The notes beneath the pieces are model-generated. The model had not been told where the DNA came from. It saw only the letters and a program-made list of their open reading frames with translations, and ran no database searches. Position numbers and translations under genes: made by a program. A stretch of DNA of 64,000 bases from Acidobacteriaceae bacterium. GTDB lineage: Bacteria > Acidobacteriota > Terriglobia > Terriglobales > Acidobacteriaceae. The DNA is taken from assembly GCA_965215415.1 (NCBI GenBank), contig CBDCDQ010000002.1, forward strand, positions 1,335 to 65,334, in the 5' to 3' direction. Positions 49,487-59,015 of the stretch are shown here, in pieces. Within the stretch, counting starts at the first letter, position 1. Every line of letters starts with the position of its first letter.

Positions 49487-50349
49487 TGCTGGCCTCCGGT
49501 CTGTCCAGCTACAGGCGGCGCATCCTGAACCCCAGAGCCAACACCGGGAATGAAGGGCTTCCCTCCAGCGACCGGAGCGAAGGCCGGTTCTGCCGGCTTC
49601 GCTGCACCGCCATCGAACCCGATGCGGCTCTCATGGAACTCAGTGATGGTGAGACCGAGCGGATTGATCGTCTCGAACTGGGGAAACCGCTGCGACTGCT
49701 GGTTTACCTGGGCGGGGTTGATGTAGTAGGTCACCGAGAGCATCCAGTGCTCGGTGCGCGGTGCCTGGGATGTGCGGGACGAGTAGAGCTTGTCGAGGTT
49801 GATGAGGGCGGTTCCCTTGGCGAGCGTCACGTTCTGGACCGTCTCTTCGCTCATGGCCGTGATGGTCACGTTCTTAACTTCCACCTCGCTCTGCTCCGTC
49901 TGGCCGGACATTACCTCTGAGATTTTGTGATTCGTGTTGTCGTCGGTCATGCCCTGGGCTGCAAGCGGCTGGGAGAGAAAGTAGTAGTTGAGCGGGTACT
50001 TCTTCGCGACCGTTTCCTTGTTGAGTGTGAACCGGTAGTTCGCCCAATCCGTGAGGTAGGTTCGCACCTCGCCCTCTCGTGGGCTGTACTGGAGATCGCT
50101 GTACTGAATAGCCTGCGCCCGGCCCATCTCGTCGATGCGGACGTAGCGGTTCACCAGCGGTTTCTTAGACAGAGAAGCGATGGTCACAAACGATCCAAGC
50201 AGGGCGATGGATAGCGCTCCAATCACGAACCGGCTCGTCTTCCGCTCGGCATAGTGAGAGGCATAGACCTCATTGGCAATCTGGTCAGTGAGCATCGCTT
50301 GCTGGGGAGTCCATGCTGCGTCGGTGAGCGGGGCGGTTTGAGTTGCCAT
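49483..50349 (-). CDS. VirB8/TrbF-like T4SS inner-membrane protein with a Pro/Gly-rich C-terminal extension
   Basis: ATG at 50349 is preceded by AAGGAA. There is a single TM (FVIGALSIALLGSFVTIASL) followed by a VirB8-like periplasmic domain (...YVRIDEMGRAQAI...VRTYLTDWANYRFTLN...). Confidence 0.6.
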   Translation of the reverse strand: MATQTAPLTDAAWTPQQAMLTDQIANEVYASHYAERKTSRFVIGALSIALLGSFVTIASLSKKPLVNRYVRIDEMGRAQAIQYSDLQYSPREGEVRTYLTDWANYRFTLNKETVAKKYPLNYYFLSQPLAAQGMTDDNTNHKISEVMSGQTEQSEVEVKNVTITAMSEETVQNVTLAKGTALINLDKLYSSRTSQAPRTEHWMLSVTYYINPAQVNQQSQRFPQFETINPLGLTITEFHESRIGFDGGAAKPAEPAFAPVAGGKPFIPGVGSGVQDAPPVAGQTGGQQ

Positions 50350-50509
50350 GTGAGTTCCTTTCGGGTTGAGCGCTGTGGTGGAAAAGAACGCGGACGATTG
50401 CGACGATGACAGCCACCAAAAGAATCCACCGGAAGATGCGCAGCAGCTTTCTGGGAGCGGCTGGGTGGATGAGTACCGGGTGTTCGTCATAGAACGGAGG
50501 TCGAAACAT
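50285..50509 (-). CDS. small single-TM protein between virB6 and virB8 (hypothetical)
   Basis: MFRPPFYDEHPVLIHPAAPRKLLRIFRWILLVAVIVAIV... It starts 3 nt after the virB6 stop and its 3' part overlaps virB8. Confidence 0.3.
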   Translation of the reverse strand: MFRPPFYDEHPVLIHPAAPRKLLRIFRWILLVAVIVAIVRVLFHHSAQPERNSHGNSNRPAHRRSMDSPASDAH

Positions 50510-50511
50510 AG

Positions 50512-51408
50512 CTACACCCCTACAAGGGCTATCAATTGAGAGCCAACGGATTCAGCACGGCCAGCCATCCCGGCAGCCCCGCCGAAGATCGCCTGGGTCA
50601 GACTCGGAATGAAAAGCATGTTGAAGATGAAGGCGACAAACATCGTGATAACGGGCACGAGATTGGCGAGCCACATTGCAATGGAGTAGTCCCCGTTAAA
50701 GGTCTGCTGAAGGAACGTGGTGAGGAAACCGGCCCAGACGAAAAGGAAGGCTGCAGCGACGGCTCGAATCATCGCGAAACCAATTAGCACATCGATGTAC
50801 TGGAAGAACTTCGAGCGGAAAGAGTTCGTTAGATAGAGCGGAATGAACACTGGTCCGAACAGAGCTGACACGCCGTACAGAATGAACGAGCTGATGTTTA
50901 TAAGGAAGAGAATGGCCGACGACACACCCAGGATTGCTTGCACCACCATGTAGCAAAGAAGCTCAAGCGGAGCTGTAAGCGAGGGCGTGTCCATCTTTGT
51001 TGAGGCCTCGCGGAGAAGGCTGGTAAGGGTGTTGAGAGAGGTTTGGTCTAAAACCTGTGCCAGCGCCTCAGCAAGGTAACTGAACAGATGGTTGAACCCG
51101 AAGCTGGCACCTGGGAATGGATTTACCCAGAAGTGTTCCAGCAGGGCGCAAAATCCGAGCCTAAGCATGAAACGCATGACGGTTCCGGCATCCACACTTT
51201 GGGGACGAAAGCTGATGGTCCAGTTGGCCGTATTGATTGAGATGACCATCTGGACCAGCATCATGATGGCGACGAAGCTGAGCAGAGACATGCCGACACT
51301 CGTCAGCACGCCGCCGTTCTGAGTCGTAAGGTTCGTGAGGTTCTGCGCAAAGACGGAGAGCCAATTCACACCCTGAGCTGGGGCTTGAAACATCGCTAGT
51401 AGTGCCAT
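50512..51408 (-). CDS. virB6: VirB6/TrbL-family polytopic T4SS protein
   Basis: 298 aa with about 6 TM helices, in the position after the TrbJ-like gene. Confidence 0.75.
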   Translation of the reverse strand: MALLAMFQAPAQGVNWLSVFAQNLTNLTTQNGGVLTSVGMSLLSFVAIMMLVQMVISINTANWTISFRPQSVDAGTVMRFMLRLGFCALLEHFWVNPFPGASFGFNHLFSYLAEALAQVLDQTSLNTLTSLLREASTKMDTPSLTAPLELLCYMVVQAILGVSSAILFLINISSFILYGVSALFGPVFIPLYLTNSFRSKFFQYIDVLIGFAMIRAVAAAFLFVWAGFLTTFLQQTFNGDYSIAMWLANLVPVITMFVAFIFNMLFIPSLTQAIFGGAAGMAGRAESVGSQLIALVGV

Positions 51409-51450
51409 CGGAAGTCCTCAGAATCTTGGCGTCGTGGTGGTTGTAGACAG

Positions 51451-51720
51451 CTACGGAAGGTAGTTGTTCCAGGTCTTCTGCTCATTCGCAGGCATCTTGC
51501 TCTTGGAACGGCGGATTGTGTCCACCTTCTTCGCTTCGTCCTCGCGATATTTCTGATCCGCTGCAGCCTGGCGCTGCTGTTGTTCAAGGACGGCAGCGGT
51601 GCGAGCTGCCGCCGCTGCCTGCTCCTTGCGGATGCCGTTCTGCCTGACCAACAACCCACCGATAACGGCAAGTGCTGCAAGGACCGCGATTAGAAGTTTC
51701 GTGTTGATAGCTTTGAGCAT
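51451..51720 (-). CDS. small N-terminally anchored protein ending in TWNNYLP (occupies the TrbK position)
   Basis: GAGGAGGAAA RBS. MLKAINTKLLIAVLAALAVIGGLLV TM, a charged helical region, and C-terminus ...NEQKTWNNYLP. Confidence 0.55.
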   Translation of the reverse strand: MLKAINTKLLIAVLAALAVIGGLLVRQNGIRKEQAAAAARTAAVLEQQQRQAAADQKYREDEAKKVDTIRRSKSKMPANEQKTWNNYLP

Positions 51721-51771
51721 CCGGTGTTTCCTCCTCGACGGTTTAGGCTTCGACGCCCCCCGCAGAGACGG

Positions 51772-52584
51772 TTATGGAAGGTAGTTATTCCACGTATCGC
51801 CCTGGTTCTCGGGGTGCTTCGGAGCAGTGAGATTCTGCTGGCGAATGTACGCAGCCGTGTTGAGGTCGCGTGCAGCGGCGTTGCGTTGCTGCATGTTTTG
51901 GATGGCGAGCTGGGTAGCGATGCAGGTATGGAGCGATCCCTGGGCCTGCTGATCGTTCATCTGCTGAACCTGCCCGGCGTTGAGTAGGTTGAGTTGCTGC
52001 ACCTCACTGTTCGTGTCGTCGCTGCCGTCGAGCTGCTGTTGCTGCAGATTCTGCTCGGCGGTGCTGCTTGCCGCCCTCGCTGCTCGATAGGAGCCGACTG
52101 CGTTGAGACAGTCGGGTGAGGCTGCATCGGACGCCTCGATCATCGCGAGCTGGGAGAGCTGGGTGGACGATCCAACCGACTGCCCGCTGAGCAGGCTGGT
52201 GGTGTCCGTGGACAGGGAGACGTTGCCGTTCTTCCACGCCGAGTTTGCAGTCGTGGCCGAGTCGGAGTTGAGGGCGACGGTGAGGCCGTTCGTCTCACCG
52301 AAAGTGTTGGCGACGTTGACGTTCTTGAGTTGGTTGAGTTCCGTCTTCCAGACCGTCTTGATGGAGAAGTTCTTGAGGCTGGCGACGGTCGTGTTGTATT
52401 GGTTCGTGAGGGTTGTGAGCTGCGAAACCAGGCTGGCGTACGACGTGGGGTCGAACACAATATCGCCTAGTCCGAAGAGGGCAAAGCTCGGTGTGGCGGT
52501 TCCGAGCACCAGAGCCGTGCCGACGATCCAACGGGTACGGCGTTTCCTGAGAGATGCATTAAATGCGGTGTAGCTGAGATTCAT
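51772..52584 (-). CDS. TrbJ/VirB5-like T4SS protein ending in TWNNYLP
   Basis: ATG 52584 follows GAGGAGG. Signal peptide, then FGLGDIVFDPTSYASLVSQLTTLTNQYNTTVASLKN (a TrbJ-like motif). The C-terminus is ...QGDTWNNYLP. Confidence 0.6.
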   Translation of the reverse strand: MNLSYTAFNASLRKRRTRWIVGTALVLGTATPSFALFGLGDIVFDPTSYASLVSQLTTLTNQYNTTVASLKNFSIKTVWKTELNQLKNVNVANTFGETNGLTVALNSDSATTANSAWKNGNVSLSTDTTSLLSGQSVGSSTQLSQLAMIEASDAASPDCLNAVGSYRAARAASSTAEQNLQQQQLDGSDDTNSEVQQLNLLNAGQVQQMNDQQAQGSLHTCIATQLAIQNMQQRNAAARDLNTAAYIRQQNLTAPKHPENQGDTWNNYLP

Positions 52585-52674
52585 TGCGATAGCCTCCTCT
52601 CGGTACATCGAATGCAGGAAAGTTGAGCAGCCTCATCGCGAGACTGCGAAGGGTGTCATGCCTCCTTTCCGGGG

Positions 52675-54054
52675 TTAGAGGGTGGGATCGACGCGATGTT
52701 CCGCGTAGGAAGGAACGAGAAAGTCCTGGTTGATGTAGACCCTCGCGCGGGACCCTTCCTTAACGGTGATGACAGGCAGGCGGCTCAGAAATTTGTTGAG
52801 AACCTGTTCGGACTCCGCGGCGGTCTGGGATGAAATGCCGTTCCGAATCTGGGTTCCCGAGTCGAGGACGCTGCCTGAATTTCCAACCTGGGCCAGCCCG
52901 CCGATCCCGCCCACTGCGGCGGCGGCAACGAAGCTGGAGAGGTAGTGATTGTTGACGCTGGTCGCCAGGCCGGTCGTACCCAGCGGGTCCAAGCCGGTGA
53001 AGCGATTGAGGTCGAGTGAGAACCCGTCCGGGCAAATGGCTCGGTTGAACGTCACCATGAGCTTGCGCTGGCCGGATGCACCCACGCTCTGGACATTGCC
53101 AATAAGCCGGGTGCCCTGGGGAAAGAGAAGCTGCTGGTGGTCATGCGAGTAGTAATCGGTCGTCAGCATCACGATCATGGGGCCGGCAAGTGCCCCGTCG
53201 ATATGGTTCGTCACCACTCCCTCGAACACAGTGCCTTCGAACACGCGGTAGAGCCTGCCCTGGAAGCCATCGAAGTCATACGCCGCCATGGGGTCGCGCT
53301 GGGTCGTGGAACGCCGGTCTGAGACGCTCTGAAGCCCTTCCGAGCCTCCTGGAGCCCCGTTCCGGACCGATAACGCATGCACGGGTCCGCCCGGCTCGTC
53401 TGACGCCACTGGAGACCCTTCTGCTTCTCCTCTGGCTACATCCTGGCCCTCCGCACGGTCCGCGAGTACCCCGCTTGCTTTGCCGGAGCTGGTTCCCTGC
53501 CCTGCCGAACTGGAGAAGTCGATCGCTACCGTGTCGCTGGCAAGAGCCTGCTGGTGCTGTTGTTCCCGGAGCAATGCCTTTTGCTTTGCCTGAGCCTGGG
53601 CCTCTGACACCCCGGAGGTCTTCTGCGGGGCGTTCGGATTGTTGCTGCCGTACATGGCCTGGCGCTGGGCCGGGGTCATGGCCGGGGCGGTGGCAGATTC
53701 GGGGCCGGGGGTCTCCTGCTGCTGCTGTAGGATCGCCGCTTGTGCGGCGATTTCCTGCTGGCGTAGCAGCTCGGCCTGGTCGTGCTGGGCCTGACGTGCC
53801 TGGGCCGCCTGGAAAGAATTCACCTGGCCAGAATCGCTGACGACGGGCTTGCTCGGCAGGGAGCTTTTCGCGGGTTGGTTCTTGGCGTGACCGCTGGCGA
53901 GATTGCCGACATTGGCAATCCCGATGATGCCGACGACGACACACGCTCCAATGACGAGGGGCTTGGAGGTCTTCAGCGGTGCGGTGGTCTGCGGCTGGCC
54001 CGGAACGGTCGGGTTGTGGTCGGGCGTGGAAAGATCGTTATGCTCATCGGCCAT
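52675..54054 (-). CDS. virB10: VirB10/TrbI-family T4SS protein
   Basis: N-terminal TM, a long Pro/Gln/Ala-rich linker, and a C-terminal TrbI-like domain (...VTNHIDGALAGPMIVMLTTDYYSHD...GTRLIG...). Confidence 0.85.
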   Translation of the reverse strand: MADEHNDLSTPDHNPTVPGQPQTTAPLKTSKPLVIGACVVVGIIGIANVGNLASGHAKNQPAKSSLPSKPVVSDSGQVNSFQAAQARQAQHDQAELLRQQEIAAQAAILQQQQETPGPESATAPAMTPAQRQAMYGSNNPNAPQKTSGVSEAQAQAKQKALLREQQHQQALASDTVAIDFSSSAGQGTSSGKASGVLADRAEGQDVARGEAEGSPVASDEPGGPVHALSVRNGAPGGSEGLQSVSDRRSTTQRDPMAAYDFDGFQGRLYRVFEGTVFEGVVTNHIDGALAGPMIVMLTTDYYSHDHQQLLFPQGTRLIGNVQSVGASGQRKLMVTFNRAICPDGFSLDLNRFTGLDPLGTTGLATSVNNHYLSSFVAAAAVGGIGGLAQVGNSGSVLDSGTQIRNGISSQTAAESEQVLNKFLSRLPVITVKEGSRARVYINQDFLVPSYAEHRVDPTL

Positions 54055-54056
54055 GG

Positions 54057-54896
54057 CTAGTTCACCCCCTGCCGCTTGAAATCAACCCGCTGCTTGCCGA
54101 TGGTGAGGTAGCCCTGAAGCATGGTCTTGTCCACGGTGTAGAGGCCGTCGTTGTAGCTCCAGTTGATGAGGCTTCCTTTCCCATCTTTCAGCTCGTAGAG
54201 GACAGGTGTTTCCTGGAACTTGCCCCGCAGGTAGGTGAACTTGTCATCCCGCCAGACTTCCTGAAGTCCCAACCCATCGGCCTTCTTCCGATCCCATGCG
54301 TAATCGAAGTGGAGCTGGCCGGGATACTGGCTGCGATAGCTCTCGGCCTTCGCCTCTGCCTGCTTCCGCTCCGTCGCCTCCTTGGCCTCTGCCTCGGCTG
54401 CCTCGCGCTTCGCCTTGTCCAGCTCGGCGGCAGGCACGAACACAGGTAGGGTCACCAGCTTTTCCTTCCCGGCCTGGTCGCCCGGCGAGATGAACACCTT
54501 GGAGTCGTAGTGAGGATCTGCGTCAGCAGAGACCTCGCGGAGTTGCAGCGTGTACTCATTGCCGTGGTCCGATACGATATGCACGTCGGTTGTGCTGTTC
54601 GCCACCTTGGGCTTGATGGAGATGAACCGGCTGGCGACGTGTCCGCCGTCGAAGACCCAGCTCGACGTATCGCCTCCGAACACCGTCGCAACCTTCTCCT
54701 CAGCGGGCAGAAGAATGAGGGTGGACTGAAGCAGGCCGGTCCGGATGACGGGCGGCGTCTCGGTTTCAACGATCACGATGCTCCGGGGCGCATTGGCCTG
54801 GATGCGTGGCTTGGTCGCGACGGTCTGACTTAGGGCCGGAACCGCAGCGGAACCGGTGAGCAGGAGCGCGGTCAGGATGTTCTTGGAAGTCTTCAT
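54057..54896 (-). CDS. virB9: VirB9/TrbG/CagX-family T4SS protein
   Basis: Signal peptide, ...LLQSTLILLPAEEKVATVFGGDTSSWVFDG...ISIKPK...TDVHIVSDHGNEYTLQL..., and C-terminal ...DDKFTYLRGKFQETPVLYEL.... Confidence 0.8.
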   Translation of the reverse strand: MKTSKNILTALLLTGSAAVPALSQTVATKPRIQANAPRSIVIVETETPPVIRTGLLQSTLILLPAEEKVATVFGGDTSSWVFDGGHVASRFISIKPKVANSTTDVHIVSDHGNEYTLQLREVSADADPHYDSKVFISPGDQAGKEKLVTLPVFVPAAELDKAKREAAEAEAKEATERKQAEAKAESYRSQYPGQLHFDYAWDRKKADGLGLQEVWRDDKFTYLRGKFQETPVLYELKDGKGSLINWSYNDGLYTVDKTMLQGYLTIGKQRVDFKRQGVN

Positions 54897-57265
54897 TACG
54901 CCTGTTCTCCATTCGCGAAGCGCTCGATGCCTTCGGTGAGGCCATACTTCTCGACCAGCTTCGACCGGCGAACGCGGTCCTTCGGGCGGGTCGAAAATTT
55001 GGCGTAGCTGCGGTTGTCAAGATTCAGGGTCACCACCTTGGTGAGCCCGTCGCGGCGCACGTACAGCGCTTCCCTCTCCCGCAGCGACTCGAATAGGTCG
55101 AGCTGCTGGGTCGTGAGTTTGAAAAGCTCGCCGTAGAACTTCCGGTTGAAGGTCGCATCGGGCAGGAAAAGAAACGACGTGCACGAGTTCACGATGCTGT
55201 CCGCGTTCGCGCCCAGGTCGTTCGCACTCTGGCCGATGAGTGTGACACCGCCCAGGTTCTTGCGGACGGTCTTGATGGAAGCGAGAGCAGCGTCGAGAAG
55301 CTGCGAGTTCTTTATGGCCGAGAACAATTCCTCGATCATGATGTGCTTGGGAACGCCGAGGTTTTTGGGGTCGTACAGGACCTCATTGATCCGGCGCAGC
55401 AGCCAGACCATCAACGGCTCTACAAGGTCCGCGTGTTGGCCGGTGATGCCCTGGAAGTCGAAGCATTGCAGGCGTCCCAGCGATAAGCTGTCTTCCACGT
55501 TGTCGAACACCGCGTTGTAAAGTCCGCTACCAATCCACTTGGAAAGGTAACGCTGCAAGTGCTTCGGCAACATGATGGCTGACAGCCTGCGCAGGTGCCG
55601 GTCGAGGTGGTACACGCCTTTGACCGCGCCGAATACCGTATCCTCGTCTTCCGGCGTTAGCACAGCACCGCCGTTGGTGAGGAGAAGCTTCACAAACGAG
55701 TGCAGAAATTGCAGGTTGTCTTCGTTCGGCTCCAGCGCAAACGGGTTGACGCGCGGCCCGTCTTTCCCGACCTTGTCGATCCGGCCTCCGTACAGCTCAA
55801 CCACGGATTCATAGCTGCTGCCGATATCGAAGATGTAGGTAAACCCACCGTACTTCTGCTCGAAAGCAATCAGGTTATTGCCGTGTATCGACTTGCCCGA
55901 TCCGGTTGGCCCCAGAATCAGCATGACGCGCACGCCGTTTACATAAACATCCTGGAAGAAAGGCGTCCGGGTGCGGGTCTCGAAGACATTCAGGTACTCG
56001 GAATCAAGGTCTTCGGAAACGGGGTGGCCGATGTGCGGCGCAAACGCAAGGGACATCCTGGCGTGATGATCTTCGCCCAGCCAGAGGGGAAAGACATTGA
56101 AGCGCTGGTTGCCGGGAAACATGGTGTAGAACGATGACAGATTCCCCAAAGTCTCCTCCATGACCTGGCACCGGGCTTCGACGAAGACGCGATGAACGGC
56201 GGGAATCGCATCGTGCAGCTCGGCCTTGCTCCTCGCTGCCAGCAGCAGACGCATGGTGTATTCACCCTGCGCCGTTCTGTCGAGCGAATTGATGACCTCG
56301 CTCAGTTCCTCTACGTTGGTCTGCGCGGCCTTGGCTCCGGCTCCCGTTTCGAGTGAAGCGGTGTCCTTGCCGCTCATCACGCGATTCAGAATGCCGACCT
56401 TGAAGAAGCTGATGAACTTCTCCTGGTTCTCAATCTCCTTCCGCGCCACCGCTCCAGACTTTGGCCTCCAGCTCGTGCAAAGCACGCTGTCGCAGTCGAG
56501 TGTCATGAGGCCGGAGAACTGGCAGGGCCGGGACGTGTCCGGCGTGTTCATGAGGGAGAACATCTGCACGTAGCGCTTTCCGACCTGCAAGTGGTCGTTA
56601 TGCCAGCTCACCGGGCTCTTGACGATCTGTCGGTCCACGCCGGTGTCGCTGCCCAGCCGGTCGAAGTCGGCCCATGGCTCCAGGTTGTAAAGGTAGGAAA
56701 AGAACGCGAACGCCTCGGCTTTGGGCAAAAGCCGGATGCCCAGCACCGTGCGCAGATGCTCCTCAAGGATGGTTGCAGCCTTTTCCAGGTTGCGAAGCAT
56801 CCGAGCGTTCTCGCCGGCGTTCTCATGTGGCTTCTTCTTGAGCGCCGCCGTCTTCGGAGGTTCAACAGTCAAACACCAATACAGGTCGATGCGTCGGAAA
56901 CCCGCCCGCTCGTCCAGGAAGTTCAGCCGGTCGCTGACGAACTTCGCAGTGACGGCACTTGCGTACTCACTCTGTCGTGGCAGGTCGTAGCCGTTCAGCA
57001 CGCGGCAATATTCATACAGGCAGGAGTGCTCAGGCATGCCGCGCAACGCGCCCTGAATCATGCGGACGCGGGACTCTAACTCCTGATCGGTCAGGCTCTC
57101 CTCGTCCGCTCCGCGAAGCGAAAACACGCAGCCGTATCCACTACCCTTCAGGGCAAATATGGTCGGGGTCAGAAAGCGCGAGATCGGAACGATGGAACAC
57201 GCGGCACCGGCCTTCGTGTACCAGGGCGTGAGCTTGGGGTCGTTAGTCGCTTTTGCGAGGATCAT
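54896..57265 (-). CDS. virB4: VirB4/TrbE-family T4SS ATPase
   Basis: Start taken at MILAKATNDPKL (ATG 57265). Walker A ILGPTGSGKS and a long CagE/TrbE/VirB4-type body. The ORF-track N-terminal extension overlaps virB3 and looks spurious. Confidence 0.95.
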   Translation of the reverse strand: MILAKATNDPKLTPWYTKAGAACSIVPISRFLTPTIFALKGSGYGCVFSLRGADEESLTDQELESRVRMIQGALRGMPEHSCLYEYCRVLNGYDLPRQSEYASAVTAKFVSDRLNFLDERAGFRRIDLYWCLTVEPPKTAALKKKPHENAGENARMLRNLEKAATILEEHLRTVLGIRLLPKAEAFAFFSYLYNLEPWADFDRLGSDTGVDRQIVKSPVSWHNDHLQVGKRYVQMFSLMNTPDTSRPCQFSGLMTLDCDSVLCTSWRPKSGAVARKEIENQEKFISFFKVGILNRVMSGKDTASLETGAGAKAAQTNVEELSEVINSLDRTAQGEYTMRLLLAARSKAELHDAIPAVHRVFVEARCQVMEETLGNLSSFYTMFPGNQRFNVFPLWLGEDHHARMSLAFAPHIGHPVSEDLDSEYLNVFETRTRTPFFQDVYVNGVRVMLILGPTGSGKSIHGNNLIAFEQKYGGFTYIFDIGSSYESVVELYGGRIDKVGKDGPRVNPFALEPNEDNLQFLHSFVKLLLTNGGAVLTPEDEDTVFGAVKGVYHLDRHLRRLSAIMLPKHLQRYLSKWIGSGLYNAVFDNVEDSLSLGRLQCFDFQGITGQHADLVEPLMVWLLRRINEVLYDPKNLGVPKHIMIEELFSAIKNSQLLDAALASIKTVRKNLGGVTLIGQSANDLGANADSIVNSCTSFLFLPDATFNRKFYGELFKLTTQQLDLFESLREREALYVRRDGLTKVVTLNLDNRSYAKFSTRPKDRVRRSKLVEKYGLTEGIERFANGEQA

Positions 57266-57509
57266 AGTAGCTCTTCTGGTACAGGCTGTGACCCCAGAGC
57301 TGGAACATCTTGGGGTGATTGCGGACGGTGAACCATGCCGCCGCCACCAGCAAGGGAAAGCTGATGACGGCAAGCATGCGGAAGCCAACGAGGAAAACCG
57401 AAACCGAGACGAACACGATGGCCATCCATGCCGACAGCTCCAATCCGAGCTTGGTTCTGGAACGGTTCATCGCCTGGTTGATGGGTAACGCTTCGCCTCG
57501 TTTGGTCAT
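57243..57509 (-). CDS. virB3: VirB3/TrbD-like small membrane protein
   Basis: 88 aa, ...LGLELSAWMAIVFVSVSVFLVGFRMLAVISFPLLVAAAWFTV..., positioned between the pilin gene and virB4. Confidence 0.7.
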   Translation of the reverse strand: MTKRGEALPINQAMNRSRTKLGLELSAWMAIVFVSVSVFLVGFRMLAVISFPLLVAAAWFTVRNHPKMFQLWGHSLYQKSYYDPRKSD

Positions 57510-57521
57510 GGTCTGAGTTCC

Positions 57522-57902
57522 TTACTGGTTGACCGACTGGCCGGTGAGAGACGAAATCCAGCCCGCACCCCAGCCGAGTACGCCAGCGCCGAACAGAGCA
57601 CCGAACAGGCCGGGGATTGCATCCTGGAAACGGCCACCCATGAGGCGAATGCCTGCAAAGATGAGGGACCCAAAGCAGATCACTGCGCCCGCGTAAACCG
57701 CGAACGTCTGGAAAGACTGCATCAAGGTTTTGGCTTGTGAGAAATCCATCGTTCCTTGCGCATGTGCGACGCCGGACACGCCAAGGGCGAAAACGATTGG
57801 TGCAATGCTGCGACCGAACAGGGCTGCCTTCTGTTTCGCCTGTTGGCGGGTGATGGTGACGTTGCGAAGGCTGTTCAGACGGGACGAAATAGCTGCGTTC
57901 AA
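57522..57902 (-). CDS. virB2: VirB2/TrbC-like pilin
   Basis: Long leader ending ...GVAHAQG, followed by two hydrophobic helices. First gene of the T4SS operon. Confidence 0.7.
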   Translation of the reverse strand: MNAAISSRLNSLRNVTITRQQAKQKAALFGRSIAPIVFALGVSGVAHAQGTMDFSQAKTLMQSFQTFAVYAGAVICFGSLIFAGIRLMGGRFQDAIPGLFGALFGAGVLGWGAGWISSLTGQSVNQ

Positions 57903-58265
57903 GGGGTATCTCCTGTGAGCGACAAAGTCTCGGTTTTGGTGAATAAGCGCGGGGCCGCGTGAGCGCGCGGCGTGCGCGTTTTCGAAACATTACGACTCAA
58001 CGTTTCGGCTTACAAAACGCCCATTTTCGCGGTGAAAGTGGGCACTGCTGGCGAGCAATGTAGTGTTTGTAAAATGCATCAGTATCACCGTGTCAAGTAT
58101 TACATTTATACGATTGCAATCTATAAGTTGGGAACGCTACGATTTTGCATCAGCACAGGTGAAACGGAGGTTACAAGAGAGGCGCCGGGCGCAATCTTAA
58201 AGGCGTATTTTGCCGTACTCTACGAGGGACTACACTTTGCGTGCAAAGACTTGTAGAGCAGAGCT

Positions 58266-58820
58266 GTGCCTGTACGTCGGAGTGGCAGGGAAGGAGTTCG
58301 ACCGTACTTCTCAAATCTCGTAGAAAGAAAGACGTCATCAGTGCTGAAAAATGATGTGCTAACGGAGGAAGTTCTAAAGGCTTTCCTCGGTACGCTTGGC
58401 AGGCGGATCAAACAGCTTCGTAAGGAAAAGAAGCTTCTGATGCGCGACATCATGGTCAAGACTGGCTACTACGATGCTCAGTGGCGAAAGTACGAGGCAG
58501 GGGGAAATCTCAACATCCCATCGTTGATGAAAGTCGCCTTGGCGCTCGACGTTACGCTGATGGAACTCTTAGACGGTCTTGGACATTGGCCAAAAGTAAG
58601 CGTAGCCGAAGCCCAGGAACAGTACGGCATCGAGCCAGCGGTCGCGAAAGCGGTTGAACTGGAGTGCGAGCCTGAAGAACAAATCATCTCCCGGCAGCGT
58701 TCAAAGGGCGCGTCGGCAAACAGCAAACGAACCTCTTCTAGAGTTACGGTTAGTCAGCCCTCGACAGCTAAGACGGCCCCTGCATCACCCGTTCGCTCGA
58801 AGCGCAAACCCTCTGAGTAG
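58266..58820 (+). CDS. XRE-family HTH regulator (start uncertain; GTG at 58266 or 58341)
   Basis: LGRRIKQLRKEKKLLMRDIMVKTGYYDAQWRKYEAGGNLNIPSLMKVALALDVTLMELL. It is divergent from the T4SS operon. Confidence 0.75.
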   Translation: MPVRRSGREGVRPYFSNLVERKTSSVLKNDVLTEEVLKAFLGTLGRRIKQLRKEKKLLMRDIMVKTGYYDAQWRKYEAGGNLNIPSLMKVALALDVTLMELLDGLGHWPKVSVAEAQEQYGIEPAVAKAVELECEPEEQIISRQRSKGASANSKRTSSRVTVSQPSTAKTAPASPVRSKRKPSE

Positions 58821-59015
58821 TGTGTCTTTCTGAAGCGGCGACCAAGTTTTCGGGATCGCCGCTCCTGAGCCTTCGCTCAGAAAAGGATGAATGTAGGCCG
58901 ATGCGACGAATGTCGCTCGGTGATTAAGTCTTGATTGAAGAGAGATTTAGAAGAGATTAGCTTGCGCGAAACCAGCGATAACATTAGTAAATTCAACTAC
59001 TTACAAATCATCAAA

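Noticed and set aside
57262-57990. 242-aa minus-strand ORF spanning virB2 and virB3
   Set aside because: It is an alternative frame across two genes that have proper pilin and VirB3 features. The product is Arg/Pro-rich and lacks any fold signature.
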